From the NCBI GenBank assembly GCA_900542065.1, contig UQLU01000001.1, positions 105,967 through 169,966 on the forward strand: 64,000 nt of DNA. Reading direction: 5' to 3'. The position numbers were made by a program, and so were the translations under genes. The notes below the pieces were generated by a model, which was not told the origin of the DNA, made no database searches, and saw nothing but the letters and a program-made list of their open reading frames with translations. The stretch is from an uncultured Eggerthella sp. (GTDB lineage Bacteria > Actinomycetota > Coriobacteriia > Coriobacteriales > Eggerthellaceae). Shown here one piece after another: positions 41,781-50,906 of this stretch (positions are counted from its first letter, which is position 1; each line of letters starts with the position of its first letter).

Positions 41781-42158
41781 ATGCACGCTATCAGCACTGA
41801 AAAAGCACCTGCTGCTATTGGACCCTATTCTCAGGGTGTTGTGGTCAACGGTATTTTGTTTGCCTCTGGTCAGATTGCGCTTGACCCAAAAACAGGCGAG
41901 ATGGTTGGTTCTACGATTGAAGAGCAGGCAGCGCAAGTTATGAAGAATATTGCAGGTCTTCTTGAAGCTGCGGGCAGTGATTTCGATCACGTTATTAAAA
42001 CTACGTGTTTCTTGGATGATATATCTGACTTTGCTGCATTTAATGAAGTCTACGCTCAGTCGTTTGGAAAGCACCTTCCTGCTCGTTCTGCTGTTGGTGT
42101 TGATGCGTTGCCTAAGGGTGCATTAATTGAGGTAGAAGTAATTGCTTCGGTAGAGTAG
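41781..42158 (+). CDS. ridA: RidA family reactive-enamine/imine deaminase
   Basis: 125 aa from ATG 41781 with a GGGAGAAAG RBS. MHAISTEKAPAAIGPYSQGVV...GALIEVEVIA matches the YjgF/RidA fold. It is divergent from the threonine dehydratase gene. Confidence 0.85.
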   Translation: MHAISTEKAPAAIGPYSQGVVVNGILFASGQIALDPKTGEMVGSTIEEQAAQVMKNIAGLLEAAGSDFDHVIKTTCFLDDISDFAAFNEVYAQSFGKHLPARSAVGVDALPKGALIEVEVIASVE

Positions 42159-42173
42159 TGGTCAATTTTTAGT

Positions 42174-43067
42174 ATGGCAAAAATGTGCAATATGAATACT
42201 TCATCTAAAAAAGGAAAACTTATTATTTGTCCAACCCCATTGGGGAATTTAGGTGATGTTACTCAGCGTAGTTTAGATGCCTTTACGTCCTGTGATGTGG
42301 TCTGTTGTGAAGATACGCGCGTTACGGGCAAGTTGCTTAGCGCACTTGGGTTGCGTAAACCTCTTGAGCGACTCGACGAAGCAACTATTTCTCACAAGGC
42401 AGAAGTTATTGCACAGCGCGTATTGTCGGGTGAAGTTATTGCATATGCTTCTGATGCGGGAATGCCTGGTGTTTCGGATCCTGGTTTAAGGCTTGTTGAT
42501 GCTGCTCACAAGGCGGGAGCTACAGTAGAAGTCTTACCAGGACCTACTGCGGTTACAACAGCTTATGTTGCCAGCGGTTTTACTGCTCAGTCGTTTTATT
42601 TCGGTGCTTTCTTTCCCCGAAAATCGGGAGAGCGTCAAAAACTACTTACTTCGCTAAAGTCTCTCGATGCGGTATTGGTGTTTTACGAAAGCCCATTACG
42701 CATTGTTTCTGCATTAAGGGCAGTTCAAGAGATATTTCCTTTGAGGCGTGTTGCGGTCTGTCGTGAACTTACTAAACTTCATGAAGAAGTTGTTCGTGGC
42801 AGGGTAGCTGAAGTAGTGCAAATTTTTGAACAAAGGCAAGAAGAGGGCTCTATAAAAGGAGAAATTGCACTTGTTATTGACGCTCCTAATGAAGAAGAAT
42901 CACAGGCTGGCGTAGAGGACGCTCTTGTTTCTGCTGAAAATCGCGCATCTGAGCTGCTTAAGGATTCTACCTATTCAAAGAAAGATATTGTGAAAATTCT
43001 TAAAGAAGAATTTGGTCTATCGCGCAACGATGCTTACGAGCTTGTGCATAGTTCTAAATCTGAATAA
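42174..43067 (+). CDS. rsmI: 16S rRNA (cytidine1402-2'-O)-methyltransferase
   Basis: GKLIICPTPLGNLGDVTQRSLDAF...CEDTR is the RsmI/tetrapyrrole-methylase-fold N-terminus. The start is uncertain between 42174 and 42192. Confidence 0.8.
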   Translation: MAKMCNMNTSSKKGKLIICPTPLGNLGDVTQRSLDAFTSCDVVCCEDTRVTGKLLSALGLRKPLERLDEATISHKAEVIAQRVLSGEVIAYASDAGMPGVSDPGLRLVDAAHKAGATVEVLPGPTAVTTAYVASGFTAQSFYFGAFFPRKSGERQKLLTSLKSLDAVLVFYESPLRIVSALRAVQEIFPLRRVAVCRELTKLHEEVVRGRVAEVVQIFEQRQEEGSIKGEIALVIDAPNEEESQAGVEDALVSAENRASELLKDSTYSKKDIVKILKEEFGLSRNDAYELVHSSKSE

Positions 43068-43130
43068 TGTAATTCCTACGATATCTTTTGCATGGTATTC
43101 TTTCACTGTTTGGGGAATTTATCGTGCGAA

Positions 43131-44441
43131 ATGAGTTCTTTTATGAATAAGCAGCGTGTAAAAACACCGTTGTCAGCGCGTCATATTATGGTTATTGCAG
43201 CTGGTATTCTGCTGTGTTTAGGACCCTGTGCTTTGGTGTACAATACCTGGTCAATTTTTGTTGTTCCCGTATCCACTGCGCTTGGGGCAAGCTCTTCTCA
43301 ATTTACGCTTTATATTACTTTGGTTTACTTAATAGGTGGTTTAGCTTCACCTGTTGCAGGCAACTTAATGGAACGTTTTGATTTGCGTATCGTCCTTTCT
43401 GTTTCAGTCTTGTTTGTGACGGTCGGTATGGGGTTGTGTGCGTTCTGGAATCATATTTGGCAATTTTACATTTCTGGAATTCTGATTGGTTTTGGTATCG
43501 TATCGTTAATGTTTCTTGCTGTTCCAACCCTTATTAATCGTTGGTTTGTAGAGCGTACAGGATTTTTCATCGGTCTCTGTTTTTCCATGTCTGGTGTTGG
43601 TGGAGCGCTTTGGAGTATGGTTGGCGGTATCGTTTTTTCTGTTGCAGATTGGCGTAGTGCGTACCTTCTGTTTGCCGTATTAGTTCTCGCTACTGGTCTT
43701 ATTGCAAGTCTTGTACTGATAAGAAGTTATCCTTCCGAGATTGGATTATTGCCTTACGGCGCTTCGGCAGATAATAAGACAAAAGATGATGATGTATCTC
43801 AGGCGAAAGGCAAGCAATGGGGAGTGCCTGCTCGTACAATGTTTAGGTCTCCTGTGTTTTATACCTTGATGATTACTATGGGTATTTTTAATGCGTTAAC
43901 GGTCGTAGGTAATCTCTTTGCAACCTATATTTATCACTTAGGAGACATTGGAAGCGCTGGAGTAACAGCACAAAGCGCTATTATGCTTGCATCAGCAGTT
44001 GCTGCTTGCATTATGGTACTTTCTGCAGTTGGTAAGGTGTTGTTGGGGGCCGTCTCGGATAAGAGTTTGTTTGTTGCTTTATGCATCCCTTGCGTATGCG
44101 GTTCACTCAGCATTTTATTTATGTGGTTTGGTGCTCCAATTTCACCTTTATTTATCTATGCTGGTGGTTTGCTCTGTGGAGTACTTTACGCTGCTGTTGA
44201 CGCGCTTGGCGCATCGTTTACGCGCCAGATTGCAGGCCCTCGTGATTACACGCTTATCTATTCACGTGTGGCAATTATTGTTAATTTGGCAGGAGCAGTA
44301 TCGGCCACTTTGTTCGCCGCTGTCGCAGAAATTAGCTGGGAAGCGGAATGGATAATGGCTCTATCGCTTATAGCGCTAGCTTTTGTGCTTGGACTTGCGA
44401 CAATTGTTAAAGGTACGAAGTTAGAGCAAACGTACGAATAA
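43131..44441 (+). CDS. MFS transporter (start uncertain)
   Basis: 12 predicted TMs and MFS signature loops. No substrate assignment. Confidence 0.7.
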   Translation: MSSFMNKQRVKTPLSARHIMVIAAGILLCLGPCALVYNTWSIFVVPVSTALGASSSQFTLYITLVYLIGGLASPVAGNLMERFDLRIVLSVSVLFVTVGMGLCAFWNHIWQFYISGILIGFGIVSLMFLAVPTLINRWFVERTGFFIGLCFSMSGVGGALWSMVGGIVFSVADWRSAYLLFAVLVLATGLIASLVLIRSYPSEIGLLPYGASADNKTKDDDVSQAKGKQWGVPARTMFRSPVFYTLMITMGIFNALTVVGNLFATYIYHLGDIGSAGVTAQSAIMLASAVAACIMVLSAVGKVLLGAVSDKSLFVALCIPCVCGSLSILFMWFGAPISPLFIYAGGLLCGVLYAAVDALGASFTRQIAGPRDYTLIYSRVAIIVNLAGAVSATLFAAVAEISWEAEWIMALSLIALAFVLGLATIVKGTKLEQTYE

Positions 44442-44456
44442 AATAATTATTTCTGC

Positions 44457-44655
44457 AAAGTATGACTTACTATTTCTCTTGAACTAACTCCGCTTATTTC
44501 ATATTTCAACCAAAGCAACGAACACGGCGTGAATGATTCGACGATTGATTATTCTATCCCTAAACAATTGATCGAAAACAGGGGGCCGTGTTTTTTAGAG
44601 CTTTGGTTGAAATATGCGCTCCGAATAGTTCAATCGAAACAGTAAGTCATACTTT
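44457..44655. repeat. ~200-bp imperfect long palindrome / MITE-like element with 20-bp terminal inverted repeats (AAAGTATGACTTACT[A/G]TTTC)
   Basis: Nested inverted repeats read directly: 44457-44476 with 44636-44655 (19/20), 44500-44516 with 44600-44616 (17/17), and AACACGGC with GCCGTGTT centrally. It fills the whole convergent intergenic space. Confidence 0.4.
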
Positions 44656-44663
44656 TTAAATCA

Positions 44664-45233
44664 TTAGTCGAGGTTTGCTATCGCTTCACGAGCTTTATCC
44701 ATTTGAGCTTCAATATCCATGCCGATAATATCGAGCCCTTCTGCGCTTACGAAGCGAGTTTCACCAAGATCAAGCATTTCTGCAATACCGCAGATATAGT
44801 CATAGCCATAATTCTTGTTAGCTATGAAGCCACCACTCGTTGTGATGTAGGTAAGCTTTTGTGATTTACATAATCCTTCAGGGCGTCCATCGGGAGTGTA
44901 GTGAAAAGTAATATCGCAAACGCAGCAGTGCTCAATATAGGTCTTAAGCGCTGCAGGGAAAGAAAGATCCCAGTAAGGAGCACCTATCACTACTTCGTCT
45001 GCTTTGACCATCTGGTGCGCTAAATCAAAAATAGGATCTTCCCATGCACCTTCGGATTGTTTTTGCATGCGGTAAGCTGCTTTTTCTCCCGTAAAAGGCG
45101 AAAGCTGGATTTCGTTAAGGTTCACTTCTTCTATAGTGTCATTTGACTTTTTGCTGAGATATTCGCGACATAGAGTAAGAGTGCGAGATTCTTCACCTCG
45201 CATACATGCGTTTACAAATAAGATAGTTGCCAT
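44664..45233 (-). CDS. Flavodoxin-fold NAD(P)H-dependent FMN oxidoreductase (azoreductase/AcpD-like)
   Basis: Starts MATILFVNACMRGEESRTL with an AAGGAG RBS, typical of the FMN_red family. Confidence 0.65.
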   Translation of the reverse strand: MATILFVNACMRGEESRTLTLCREYLSKKSNDTIEEVNLNEIQLSPFTGEKAAYRMQKQSEGAWEDPIFDLAHQMVKADEVVIGAPYWDLSFPAALKTYIEHCCVCDITFHYTPDGRPEGLCKSQKLTYITTSGGFIANKNYGYDYICGIAEMLDLGETRFVSAEGLDIIGMDIEAQMDKAREAIANLD

Positions 45234-45321
45234 GTAAAGCTCCTTGTTTGTAATAGAATTCAACTGATTTAAATTGTAAGCATTTTGATTGAGTAATGTA
45301 GATTGCTATAAGGGATTGAGC

Positions 45322-46149
45322 ATGGTTTCTTTGCATGATAAGGAATTGCGTTTACGAACGCTATTACGTTCATATAGTAAGCTCGCCATAGCCTTTTCGG
45401 GTGGAGTGGATTCAACGTTATTGTTGTCACTTGCTGCTGAAGAGCTTCCAGGTAGCGTTATTGCGGTTACATCACGTGTTCCCATGACCTCGGCAAAAGA
45501 ATTCGAGGAAGCAAAACTATTTTGTGAAGAACAAGAGGTTAACCAACTTATCTGTACGCCTGATGTACTATCTCTTGATCAAGTTAAAATGAACAGTCCA
45601 AAGCGTTGCTATTATTGCAAAACCATGCTGTTTTTCTCTATGAAGGAAGCTGCTGCTGAAAACGGCTATTCCATTATTGCTGATGGAACTAATGTCGATG
45701 ATTTAGCGGATTATCGTCCTGGTATGAAAGCAATTAAAGAACTGGGTGTCGTGAGTCCTTTTTTGGAAGCAGGTTTTACTAAAAAAGATATTCGTGATCT
45801 TTCACTGCAACGTTCACTTTCAACTTGGAATAAACAATCTAATGCCTGTTTGGCAACACGTATTCCCTACGGGCAGGAATTGTCCTACGATTTACTCTCA
45901 AGAATCGATCAGGCAGAAGAATTGTTACATATCTTAGGTTTTACGAATGTGCGCTTGCGTGTTCATAATGATGTTGCGCGTATAGAGATAGGGCTCGATC
46001 AATTCATAAAGCTACTCGACGATAGCGTGCGTGAATCGATAATCGAGCAGGTAAAGGATCTTGGTTTTAGCTATATTACGCTTGACTTAGAAGGATTTAG
46101 AACAGGTAGCATGAATACTGAAGTTTTAGGAGCTCTTAGTGAAAAATAA
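45322..46149 (+). CDS. LarE-family / TIGR00268 PP-loop ATP pyrophosphatase (sacrificial sulfur transferase family)
   Basis: PP-loop motif AFSGGVDSTLLL with conserved Cys residues further downstream. Sits immediately upstream of mnmA. Confidence 0.7.
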   Translation: MVSLHDKELRLRTLLRSYSKLAIAFSGGVDSTLLLSLAAEELPGSVIAVTSRVPMTSAKEFEEAKLFCEEQEVNQLICTPDVLSLDQVKMNSPKRCYYCKTMLFFSMKEAAAENGYSIIADGTNVDDLADYRPGMKAIKELGVVSPFLEAGFTKKDIRDLSLQRSLSTWNKQSNACLATRIPYGQELSYDLLSRIDQAEELLHILGFTNVRLRVHNDVARIEIGLDQFIKLLDDSVRESIIEQVKDLGFSYITLDLEGFRTGSMNTEVLGALSEK

Positions 46150-47230
46150 AGAGCGGGTACTTTGCGCTATGAGTGGTGGTGTTGATAGTTCTGTTGCAGC
46201 ACGACTTCTTTTGGATGCAGGCTATGAAGTGATTGGTGTTACGATGGTTCTTTATGACGAGAACTATCATGAAGATACGCTTGAGGAACAAGATTTCCTT
46301 ACATTGTTTCCTGAAGTTCGAGATGCGCGCAGTGTTGCGAATACCCTTGACATTGAACATGTTGTTGTTGATTATCGAGATCTGTTCAACAACAAAGTTG
46401 TTAACCCTTTTTGTCAGGCGTATTTAGGAGGTCTTACTCCTAATCCGTGTGTTGAATGCAATAAGTATTTGAAATTTGGAGCGCTTCATGATCTGCGTCG
46501 TAAATTAGATTGTGATTATTTGGCCACGGGGCATTATGCTCAGATTCGCTTCAATGAAACCACTCGAACTTACGAGCTCTGTAAGGGCTTGGATCCTCGC
46601 AAAGATCAAAGCTATGTTCTGTATCATTTACAACAAGATGATCTTGCTCATACTTTGTTGCCTCTCGGTGGATTATCTAAAAATGAAACTCGTGTTATAG
46701 CCGAACATGCCGGATTTACGAATGCTCAGAAGGAAGAAAGCCAAGATATCTGTTTTATTCCCGATGGAGACTATGCCTCTTTTATAGAAAGCTATTCAAA
46801 ATGTAATCCTGCGTCAGGTCCAATTGTTGATAAGCAAGGAATTGTTCTTGGTAGCCATAAGGGCTTGATGCATTACACCATTGGTCAGCGAAAGGGTTTA
46901 GGTGTTGCAGTAGGCGAACCCTTATTTGTTATTAGGAAAGAGGGCGAATCAAACACGCTTGTGGTTGGCAGGGAATCGGAAACAGGTGTTTGTCGTATTG
47001 TGGCAGATAAGGTATCGATTCCTTCAAATGATGATTTTTCGAAAGCGATATCGGTCGAAATAAAGATAAATTATCGTGCTCGGTTGCGCCAGGGTAGTGC
47101 ACAGATAAATGGCAGCACTTTGGAAATCGTATTTAATGAACCTATTCGTGGTGCTGCGCCTGGACAAGCGGTGGTTTTATACCAGGGAGATCGCGTTGTC
47201 GCGGGCGGAACGATTGTTTCTTACGAATAA
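46139..47230 (+). CDS. mnmA: tRNA-specific 2-thiouridylase
   Basis: PP-loop motif VLCAMSGGVDSSVAARLL, with a catalytic Cys in NPCVECN and conserved C-terminal domains. Confidence 0.9.
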   Translation: MKNKERVLCAMSGGVDSSVAARLLLDAGYEVIGVTMVLYDENYHEDTLEEQDFLTLFPEVRDARSVANTLDIEHVVVDYRDLFNNKVVNPFCQAYLGGLTPNPCVECNKYLKFGALHDLRRKLDCDYLATGHYAQIRFNETTRTYELCKGLDPRKDQSYVLYHLQQDDLAHTLLPLGGLSKNETRVIAEHAGFTNAQKEESQDICFIPDGDYASFIESYSKCNPASGPIVDKQGIVLGSHKGLMHYTIGQRKGLGVAVGEPLFVIRKEGESNTLVVGRESETGVCRIVADKVSIPSNDDFSKAISVEIKINYRARLRQGSAQINGSTLEIVFNEPIRGAAPGQAVVLYQGDRVVAGGTIVSYE

Positions 47231-47232
47231 CT

Positions 47233-47271
47233 AAGAATGCCCCGAGTGAAAATTCGAGGCATTCTTTTAAA
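47233..47271. terminator. Bidirectional terminator between mnmA and the LuxR gene
   Basis: AAGAATGCC...GGCATTCTT stem flanked by A- and T-runs. Confidence 0.5.
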
Positions 47272-47367
47272 AACATGATGCAATTAATGTCCGTAGAAAT
47301 TAATTACTTTTAAGTACTACTGAGTCGAATCATCTTTTCGCATATTGAGGTATTCCAAAAGTTCACT

Positions 47368-47844
47368 TCATTTATGGATTCCTACCTTGTCATAAATATG
47401 GCGTATGTGGGTGTTGACCGTATGGGGTGATATGAAAAGTTTATTGGAGATGCCATTAGCGGTGTTGCCTTTAGCAATAAGTTTAAGAATTTCTGCTTCA
47501 CGTTCAGATAATACAAATTCACTTGCTACTTCATTACATATTTCATCTATTTCTGTAGGCTTAACAGGGGCGCTGGTAAGATCGATAATACTTTGTTCTC
47601 GTTTGGTGATAGGAATCAACAAGAAGGCTAGTAAACAGATACCAAGTACTGCAAGCGGATCCGTAGCAACTTGTGCCAGTGAAGGTGTCATCTCGAAAAT
47701 TAACGCAATACCATTACCAATAACTATGCCGAATCGAGCCGATACTACCGATAAGGTAAACCGGTAGCGGGGGAGAAGAATCCTTTTTGCATGAGGATTC
47801 CGAAATACATAATTAGTGATATTTCGATAAGCGATGAGATGCAC
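47368..47844 (-). CDS. Small membrane-anchored LuxR-family transcriptional regulator
   Basis: C-terminal LuxR HTH (SEREAEILKLIAKGNTANGISNKLFISPHTVNTHIRHIYDKVG) and an N-terminal hydrophobic segment. The upstream frame closes at a stop at 47923-47925 with no earlier start, so the GTG at 47844 is the start. Confidence 0.7.
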   Translation of the reverse strand: MHLIAYRNITNYVFRNPHAKRILLPRYRFTLSVVSARFGIVIGNGIALIFEMTPSLAQVATDPLAVLGICLLAFLLIPITKREQSIIDLTSAPVKPTEIDEICNEVASEFVLSEREAEILKLIAKGNTANGISNKLFISPHTVNTHIRHIYDKVGIHK

Positions 47845-48022
47845 AACGCTCCAATAAAGGAAACGATATACAGGTCTGATGTCAGAATAAAAGCAGCTAA
47901 ACAGGCTATTCCGACGAGCAAATTAAGGAACTTCTTGCTGCTGGCGTAGTTAAAGAAAGCTAATCATTTTCGTAAGCCCTCAAACGTTGTTCCCCCTCCC
48001 GCGTATGATGGGCTGGTTTCAT

Positions 48023-48051
48023 CCCCCTCTGGCTCCCTTTCCAGAGGGGGG
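48023..48051 (+). promoter_or_regulatory. GC-rich hairpin (CCCCCTCTGG-N8-CCAGAGGGGGG) in the leader upstream of the caiC-like gene
   Basis: Read directly. Additional C tracts at 47992-48000 and G tracts at 48055-48070 flank it. Confidence 0.35.
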
Positions 48052-48337
48052 ATATAGGGGGGGTAAAGGGAAATTAATGTGAGTTGTGACTTATTTCATT
48101 GGTGAAATTCAACGAAATTTTCATTCGGTTGGTGTCGCTTTGGTTTCACATCTGCTTGTAGCTTCGTTTTCTTTGATAAAAACCCACATAGTCTCTCTCC
48201 TCTTCTTTTTTCGGAATTCTTTGGTTGCATTCCTATGTGGGTTTCTATCAGGGATAACAAAAGGGGATCGTTCAACTTTTTGCAAAAGGGGATTTCAGCA
48301 AAGTTGAACTACCTATTCTTCGGAGGAGGAAACGAAG

Positions 48338-49954
48338 ATGACTGATATCGTAGGCAATGAAACGCTTCGTGATTTATGGCAAAGCGTCGTCAGCCGCAGG
48401 GGTGATCGTTCGTTTTTAATATTTCATAATCGTATTGGGGATATTTTTGAATATACCTATTCAGAATTCGATCAAGATGTAAATCGTATTGCAAACGTGT
48501 TCTTGTCGCTTGATATCAAGAAGGGCGATCATGTTGCTTTGCAGCTGCATAGTTCACCCGAATTCTTAATGTGCTTATTTGGGCTGGCTAAGATTGGCGC
48601 TATTGTCGTTCCTGTTAACGAGCAGTATTTAGCTGATGAGGCTGAATATATCTTACGTACTTCTGGTGCGGTATGCGCGGTTACTGAACCTTTGTTCTTT
48701 GAAACTTACGAAGAACTATTACAGCGTGGTTTGTATTTTCCTAAGGGCTTATTGGTTGCTCGTGCGGGAAGCGATTCTTCAGAATCAGATATTGATTTTT
48801 CTCAGTTCTATACAAAGCCAGGAGAAGAAACAGATGGCGTTCAATCCATTTATGACTTCTGGGATATGCGTTGCAAAGAATCCACTGAGCTGCGTGAATA
48901 TGTTGAACTAAATTCTATGGATCCTTGCCAGATTATTTATACCTCTGGCACGACTTCTCGTCCAAAGGGTGTCGTAGTTACTCATGCCAACATGGTCTTT
49001 TCTGGTCTATATGGCGACTGGAAAGTTTCGCTGCGCGGTTCCGATCGCGTGCTTAGTTCTATGCCCGCATGTCATTCTAACTTCCAGCTAGCGGCGCTTA
49101 TGCCCGTAATTACTGCTGGTGCCACCATAATTATTGTTGAGAAGTATTCAGCCCGTCGTTTTTGGAGGCAGGTGCAACACTATCGGGCTACGGTTATTCA
49201 GTGTGTTGCAATGATGCTGCGTACGTTGATGCTCCAGCCAGTTTCTGACCATGAACAAAAGCATCACGTTCGTGAAGTGCTCTACTTTATTTCCGTTACC
49301 GATGCGGAGAAAGAGGCATTTGAAAAACGCTTCAACGTAAAAATTATGAATACCTATGGTTCTACCGAATCCATTGGTTGGGCACTTACTGATCCTCCCG
49401 TTGGAAAACGAAATTGGCCTTCAGTTGGACGCGCGGGGCTTGGATATGAAGTACGTATCGCTGATGTGAATGACAAAGAGCTTCCTCATGGTGAAGTAGG
49501 CGAAATTCAAATTATGGGTGTTCGTGGACGCTCGATAATGTTGGAGTGTTTCAACAATCCTGAAGCAACCAAAGATACCTTTAGTACTGATGGGTGGCTT
49601 AAAACAGGGGATCAGGGTTATCAGGACGATAACGGTTGGTTTTTCTTTGTCGATCGCAAATCGAACATGGTTAAGCGTGCGGGAGAAAACATATCTACAA
49701 CTGAAATCGAAGAGATACTTGAAGAGCATCCCTATATTTCTGAAGCCGCTGTTATCGGCGTCGATGATCCTATTCGAGATCAAGCAATAAAGGCATTTGT
49801 GTTGCCTTTAGATAAGAGCAAGGTAACGGTTGAGGAACTAAAGACGTACTGTGAAAGTAAGATGGCTAAATTTAAAGTACCGTCTTATTTCGAGATCGTT
49901 GATGAATTCCCCCGTACTTGCAGTCTCAAGATTGAAAAGAAGTTACTCAAGTAA
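48338..49954 (+). CDS. CaiC-like acyl-CoA ligase (crotonobetaine/carnitine-CoA ligase family; ANL superfamily)
   Basis: 538 aa. AMP-binding motif IYTSGTTSRPKGVVVTH. It also shares long blocks with E. coli CaiC as I recall it (FGLAKIGAIVVPVN, KYSARRFWRQVQHYRATVIQCVAMMLRTLMLQP, MAKFKVPSYFEIVDEFPR). RBS GGAGGAGGA. Confidence 0.7.
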   Translation: MTDIVGNETLRDLWQSVVSRRGDRSFLIFHNRIGDIFEYTYSEFDQDVNRIANVFLSLDIKKGDHVALQLHSSPEFLMCLFGLAKIGAIVVPVNEQYLADEAEYILRTSGAVCAVTEPLFFETYEELLQRGLYFPKGLLVARAGSDSSESDIDFSQFYTKPGEETDGVQSIYDFWDMRCKESTELREYVELNSMDPCQIIYTSGTTSRPKGVVVTHANMVFSGLYGDWKVSLRGSDRVLSSMPACHSNFQLAALMPVITAGATIIIVEKYSARRFWRQVQHYRATVIQCVAMMLRTLMLQPVSDHEQKHHVREVLYFISVTDAEKEAFEKRFNVKIMNTYGSTESIGWALTDPPVGKRNWPSVGRAGLGYEVRIADVNDKELPHGEVGEIQIMGVRGRSIMLECFNNPEATKDTFSTDGWLKTGDQGYQDDNGWFFFVDRKSNMVKRAGENISTTEIEEILEEHPYISEAAVIGVDDPIRDQAIKAFVLPLDKSKVTVEELKTYCESKMAKFKVPSYFEIVDEFPRTCSLKIEKKLLK

Positions 49955-50019
49955 TTGCACGTACCTTTGTAACTCTCCTTATTTATTGAGAACGCATCCG
50001 CAGAGGAAAGGTTACCTAA

Positions 50020-50891
50020 TGACGATCAAAACAGATATTGTGGGCAAAGAATTTGGTCCGTTTGTGCGCGATTATACCTTTAAGGATTTAGAGATTTGTG
50101 CACTTGGCTGCAATGCTGGCTATGACGGTAAAACTGATTTGGAATACATCAATGAAGGCGATGCTAAAGATCCACAGCTTAAAGTGCTGCCGATTTTTGG
50201 TGTACCTCTAACGGTTAATGAAGAGATGACTCGTACCTTGGACTATGGCTACGATTATTCAGGTTCTCTTCATAATGGCTTTGAAATTCGCCTCCATGCG
50301 CCCTTCAAGATGAACGATCATATTGAGACGTTTGTAACTCAAGCTGCGCTCTACGATCGCGGTGAAGGTCGCGGATGTCTTTCAAAACAGACAGCTAGAA
50401 GCTATAGCGCAGATGGTACGCATCTTTGTACCGTTGAGACATGGGATGTGAGTATCTACGATGGTGGTTGGGGAGGACCAAAACCTCCACGTGATATAGT
50501 AGAGATACCTGATCGTGCACCAGATAAGCTAGTTACGGAAACTATGCCGTACAACATGCCATTAATCTATCGTTTGATGGGTGACTGGCATCAGCAGCAT
50601 ATCGATTGGTCTTATACCGAGCAAACAGGTCTTGATCGACCCATTGCACATGGGGTTAGTCTTGGCGGATTTACTATGCGCCATATCATTTCTAGCTGGT
50701 TCCCAGGCGAACCTGAGCGCATGACTCGCTTTAAAACGCGTATCGCTTCTCCAGTGATACCTGGACAAGCGTTGACCACTCGTATGTGGCAAGTAGGCGA
50801 AAAAGAAATCCGTTTTCAGCTGGTTGATTCTGATGCCGATCAAACAGGAGCAAAACCACATTTGAATTACGGCATATGCGAATGGGACTAG
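50020..50891 (+). CDS. Double-hotdog MaoC-like (R)-specific enoyl-CoA hydratase/dehydratase
   Basis: About 290 aa from ATG 50020 with a GAGGAAAGG RBS. The C-terminal hotdog carries a hydratase-2 motif variant (YRLMGDWHQQHIDWSYTEQTGLDRPIAHG), and the N-terminal hotdog appears non-catalytic. Confidence 0.65.
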
Positions 50892-50906
50892 GACTAGGTG
50901 AGATTT

